A DNA stretch of 64,000 bases. Source: Shigella phage Henu12. The DNA lies in the sequence record OQ834936, one strand, 5' to 3'. The first letter of the stretch is position 1, and each line of letters opens with the position of its first letter. Positions 61,567 to 64,000 of the stretch are shown one piece after another. The notes below the pieces were generated by a model that was given only the letters and a program-made list of their open reading frames with translations, searched no databases and had not been told where the DNA came from. The translations under genes and the position numbers were made by a program.

Positions 61567-61642
61567 TGGCAGCAGTATAAGGATTTGAACCTTAATCTTT
61601 CAGCTTCAGAGGCTGGAGCATTGCCAGTTATGCTATACTGCT
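61567..61642 (-). tRNA. tRNA-Gln (anticodon CUG)
   Basis: Acceptor AGCAGTA/TACTGCT, anticodon loop CTCTGAA, T-loop TTCAAAT. Confidence 0.6.
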
Positions 61643-61648
61643 AATATT

Positions 61649-61727
61649 TGGTACTCCATATCGGATTCGAACCGATACATAACACAGATTTTAAATCTGG
61701 CCTCTCTGCCAATTGGAGTAATGGAGC
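61649..61727 (-). tRNA. tRNA with Leu-type anticodon UAA (class I length)
   Basis: Acceptor and T-arm ATCGG-TTCGAAT-CCGAT are clear; anticodon loop TTTAAAA; D-loop CAATTGGCAGA; variable region only about 7 nt. Confidence 0.5.
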
Positions 61728-61729
61728 AT

Positions 61730-61805
61730 TGGCGGGGGATGATGGAATTGAACCATCTTCTTCGATTTCAAAGACCGAGGTTTTAACCTTGTAAACTAAT
61801 CCCCT
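61730..61805 (-). tRNA. tRNA-Gln (anticodon UUG)
   Basis: Anticodon stem TCGGT/ATCGA with loop CTTTGAA; T-arm GATGG-TTCAATT-CCATC. Confidence 0.6.
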
Positions 61806-61813
61806 ATTAAATT

Positions 61814-61890
61814 TGGTGCAGAATAGAGGATTCGAACCCCTAACTAACAACTTCGTAGGTTGCTGCTCTATCCATTTGAACTAATTCTGC
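61814..61890 (-). tRNA. tRNA-Arg (anticodon ACG)
   Basis: Perfect acceptor GCAGAAT/ATTCTGC; D-stem GTTC/GAGC; anticodon loop CTACGAA; T-loop TTCGAAT. Confidence 0.75.
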
Positions 61891-62052
61891 AATATCCTTT
61901 TGAGATTCCTGTCTAGCTCTCTTCTTATCTCTTCTGAGAAAGCGTTTACGATGGTCTGTACGCCATTTGTAATAATCTTCTTCACCATCATGTGCTGCAC
62001 AGCAGCCACAACTTGCAATTTCAACTTTACCATGTCTACCATAAGGCTTCAT
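61840..62052 (-). CDS. hypothetical Cys-rich basic small protein embedded in the tRNA array
   Basis: 70 aa ORF with GGAG RBS 7 nt upstream of the ATG; its 3' 50 nt overlap tRNA-Arg(ACG). Confidence 0.3.
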   Translation of the reverse strand: MKPYGRHGKVEIASCGCCAAHDGEEDYYKWRTDHRKRFLRRDKKRARQESQKDIAELVQMDRAATYEVVS

Positions 62053-62067
62053 AGGAATCTCCTAATT

Positions 62068-62145
62068 TGGTGTTCCAAGACGGATTCGAACCGTCACTAA
62101 TACAAGGTTTGAGCTTGCATCCTCTGCCAATTGGGATACTGGAAC
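62068..62145 (-). tRNA. tRNA with Leu-type anticodon CAA (class I length)
   Basis: Acceptor GTTCCAG/TTGGAAC; D-loop CAATTGGCAGA; anticodon stem GCAAG/CTTGT with loop CTCAAAC; T-arm GACGG-TTCGAAT-CCGTC. Confidence 0.5.
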
Positions 62146-62146
62146 T

Positions 62147-62221
62147 TGGTACTCGCTGAAGGACTTGAACCTTCTTCACCAACTTGTAAGGATGGGGCTT
62201 TACCGTATAAACTAAGCGAGC
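62147..62221 (-). tRNA. tRNA-Val (anticodon UAC), tentative
   Basis: T-arm GAAGG-TTCAAGT-CCTTC; anticodon loop CTTACAA; one mismatch in the anticodon stem. Confidence 0.5.
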
Positions 62222-62317
62222 TTTAAAAGAGGTCTGAAGTTGTGCCGCTAACTCAACTCCGTGGAATTTGTTACGGTCTTCAGTTGACTCAAGCGGTCTT
62301 TCACTTGACCTCAAAAT

Positions 62318-62394
62318 TGGTGCTGCTCACAGGACTCGAACCTGCATCTCCATCCTTACAAGGGATGTGCAATAGCCAATTATACGAAAGCAGC
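62318..62394 (-). tRNA. tRNA-Thr (anticodon UGU), tentative
   Basis: Anticodon stem CATCC/GGATG with loop CTTGTAA; T-loop TTCGAGT. Confidence 0.55.
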
Positions 62395-62400
62395 ATTATT

Positions 62401-62475
62401 TGGAGCATCCAGAGGGAATCGAACCCTCAACTTCAGTTTGGAAGACTGTAGTTTTCCCATTTAAACTATGGATGC
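62401..62475 (-). tRNA. tRNA-Gly (anticodon UCC)
   Basis: Acceptor GCATCCA/TGGATGC; D-stem GTTT/AAAC; anticodon loop CTTCCAA; T-arm GAGGG-TTCGATT-CCCTC. Confidence 0.7.
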
Positions 62476-62481
62476 ACTAAT

Positions 62482-62557
62482 TGGTGGAGAAGCAGGGAAT
62501 TGAACCCTGTACTTAAGTTTGCAAAACTTATGTTTTAACCATGTAAACTACATCCCC
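62482..62557 (-). tRNA. tRNA-Ala (anticodon UGC)
   Basis: G3-U70 wobble pair in the acceptor stem; anticodon stem TAAGT/ACTTA with loop TTTGCAA; T-arm CAGGG-TTCAATT-CCCTG. Confidence 0.7.
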
Positions 62558-62563
62558 GATATT

Positions 62564-62639
62564 TGGTACAGGTGGAGGGAATTGAACCCATCGTCTTACT
62601 GATTAAGAGTCAGCCGCATAACCATTTTGCTACACCTGC
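62564..62639 (-). tRNA. tRNA-Lys (anticodon CUU), tentative
   Basis: Anticodon loop CTCTTAA; T-stem partly mismatched. Confidence 0.45.
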
Positions 62640-62646
62640 ATTAATT

Positions 62647-62722
62647 TGGTACACCTAGAGAGAGTCGAACTCACACTGAACAGATTCTAAGTCTGCTGCC
62701 TCTTCCAATTGGGCTATAGGTG
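62647..62722 (-). tRNA. tRNA with Leu-type anticodon UAG (class I length)
   Basis: D-loop CAATTGGAAGA; anticodon stem GCAGA/TCTGT with loop CTTAGAA; T-loop TTCGACT. Confidence 0.5.
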
Positions 62723-62974
62723 CATTAAATCTTTGTAGAGAACTTCCAAGACCCCAAAGCAACAATGGTGTAGTTTGCCTCAGAAGTTCTCTAAAAAGAC
62801 CTAAACAGTCTTTGCATAGTCTTGTTTAATCCGGTGACTAGAACCTTTGGAGAGCTTGATACTATCTCTTCTCCGTGACACCTACTAGGTGCTTCATCAG
62901 TGCCGTGTACGCCAATACACGGAGGGAAACCTAACGCAACATTCGAACGGAGCGCGGCTTTAAATCTTATTAGG

Positions 62975-63062
62975 CGGTAAGTAAAGGAGTCGAACCCTCA
63001 CCGTATCTCTACAGTGGCAACAGTTTTCAAGACTGTTTGGCTGCCATTAGCCGCTACCTACC
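62975..63062 (-). tRNA. tRNA-Ser (anticodon UGA), long variable arm
   Basis: 88 nt; acceptor GGTAGGT/ACTTACC; anticodon stem ACAGT/ACTGT with loop CTTGAAA; T-loop TTCGACT. Confidence 0.65.
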
Positions 63063-63075
63063 CCTAATAAGACTT

Positions 63076-63158
63076 TGGCATGGGACGGAGGAATCGAACC
63101 CCTTTGAGTAAGTTTTGGAGGCTTACGCACATGCCTTAGTGTCTTAACATCGTCCCAT
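63076..63158 (-). tRNA. tRNA-Trp-like (anticodon CCA), atypical 83-nt length
   Basis: Perfect acceptor ATGGGAC/GTCCCAT; loop CTCCAAA; T-loop TTCGATT; about 7 extra nt in the D region. Confidence 0.45.
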
Positions 63159-63299
63159 ACTATAATTCGAAGCTTACCCTGTTATCTCAACACTGTCAAG
63201 CTTCTTCTCAGATTATTTACATGTTCTGGAAAACATGAGATACAGACCACCTCCTTACAGGAGACCCGTTAAGGTCGTCTAAGTAATCTGCTAACTATT

Positions 63300-63376
63300 T
63301 GGCACACCCTACAGGATTCGAACCTGTAACTCAATGATTAGAAGTCATTTGCTCTGTCCAGTTGAACTAAGGGTGC
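63300..63376 (-). tRNA. tRNA-Arg (anticodon UCU)
   Basis: D-stem GTTC/GAGC; perfect anticodon stem AATGA/TCATT with loop CTTCTAA; T-arm ACAGG-TTCGAAT-CCTGT. Confidence 0.75.
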
Positions 63377-63608
63377 ATTAACATTTTAAAGGGTACTCAT
63401 TGCATTTAAGCCAAGCCCCATAAGGGATACCCTTTAGAATGTTGCCCACTTTATTAATCATACCGTGGGCTAGTACGCCAAATTCTTTGATGAGGGTTTG
63501 GAAGACCTCACTGGTGTTTAGCCTATTAAGCTACTGCCAGAAAAACATTATCGTTTGCATTTATTTTAAGTTTGCAAAATAGACGCTACGCTAACGAAAA
63601 CTAAGGTT

Positions 63609-63637
63609 ACTATAAAGTAGTCACATCTCAATGTCAA
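63609..63637 (-). promoter_or_regulatory. sigma70-like promoter internal to the tRNA array
   Basis: Minus strand TTGACA, 17 nt spacer, TATAGT, directed toward the downstream tRNA genes. Confidence 0.45.
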
Positions 63638-63652
63638 CAACTTTATTGAAAT

Positions 63653-63728
63653 TGGTACTGTGAGAAGGATTCGAACCTTCTGCCTTTCGGTTATCAGCCG
63701 AATGCACATCCATATGTGCTTTCACAGC
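63653..63728 (-). tRNA. tRNA-Ile (anticodon GAU)
   Basis: D-stem GCAC/GTGC; perfect anticodon stem TTCGG/CCGAA with loop CTGATAA; T-arm GAAGG-TTCGAAT-CCTTC. Confidence 0.75.
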
Positions 63729-64000
63729 ATTGTTACTCCTTCGTGCACCTCTCTGTGACAATTTGCACACAGCAATACACACTTATCAACTTCAGACTTC
63801 ATTACCTCTATAGAGAAGTGTTTTTGTCCTACTGTAAAGTCCTTTGTATTAGGGTCTAAGTGGTGAAACTCTAAAGCCTTTATGCACTTATTGTATCCAC
63901 AAATTGAGCAACAACCACCTTTGTAATCAACTAAAACCCTCTTAAGTTTGTCACGAGACTTTTTAACGTGTTGTGACTTTGCTTTCTTTTCTTCGTCAGG
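63722..64000 (-). CDS. HNH nuclease (partial; 5' end beyond window)
   Basis: Minus-strand frame open to the window edge; C-terminal region LEFHHLDP...CVLLCANCHREVHEG has the HNH Cys/His pattern; stop overlaps the 5' end of tRNA-Ile by 7 nt. Confidence 0.55.
   Translation of the reverse strand, partial: PDEEKKAKSQHVKKSRDKLKRVLVDYKGGCCSICGYNKCIKALEFHHLDPNTKDFTVGQKHFSIEVMKSEVDKCVLLCANCHREVHEGVTML

Noticed and set aside
60530-62451. Several 60-90-aa ORFs in the ORF track across the tRNA array (60530-60787, 61641-61850, 61900-62100, 62036-62314, 62242-62451)
   Set aside because: They overlap tRNA genes almost end to end and are best explained as open frames across structured RNA genes; only 61840-62052 was kept at low confidence because of its RBS and Cys pattern.
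60400-63750. Periodic roughly 80-bp repeats as a possible CRISPR array
   Set aside because: The repeating units are cloverleaf tRNA genes with distinct sequences and anticodons, not identical direct repeats with unique spacers.

Overview
This 64-kb window is an AT-rich (roughly 40% GC by eye), gene-dense stretch of a tailed dsDNA phage with a contractile tail; no CRISPR array, integrase or host flank was seen. All calls come from reading the translated ORFs and the DNA by eye; no searches or structure predictions were run. Layout: (1) 0.1-25.9 kb, minus strand: rIIB-like and rIIA, a Nampt-family plus Prs-family NAD+ gene pair, anaerobic RNR (NrdD/NrdG), glutaredoxin, aerobic RNR (NrdA/NrdB), a MazG-like protein, GIY-YIG and HNH-AP2 nucleases, a 5'-3' exonuclease, an acidic-tailed SSB-like protein, a primase-helicase fusion and a dNMP kinase. 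(2) 26.1-36.2 kb, plus strand: family A DNA polymerase, a second HNH-AP2 endonuclease, a run of small ORFs (including a DUF2829/Tad2-like candidate and a lipoprotein), ATP-dependent DNA ligase, a secreted protein, an HTH protein, DHFR and thymidylate synthase. (3) 36.3-60.2 kb, minus strand: a full morphogenesis module (two His-rich tail fibers, P2/Mu-like baseplate, tape measure, tube, sheath, lambda-like capsid/decoration/S49 protease, portal, large terminase). (4) 60.4-63.7 kb, minus strand: about 19 tRNA genes with embedded ORFs and tRNA-free gaps, then a partial HNH nuclease gene at the right edge. The genome is mosaic (T4-type nucleotide metabolism, T7-type replisome, lambda-type head) and resembles Felix O1-like myoviruses, which is inference only. 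The most interesting candidates are counter-defence functions: the Nampt+Prs pair (possible NAD+ reconstitution) and the DUF2829-like small protein (possible Thoeris signal sponge). Both match systems described recently elsewhere, so they are not novel as a class, and both need homology and structure checks.
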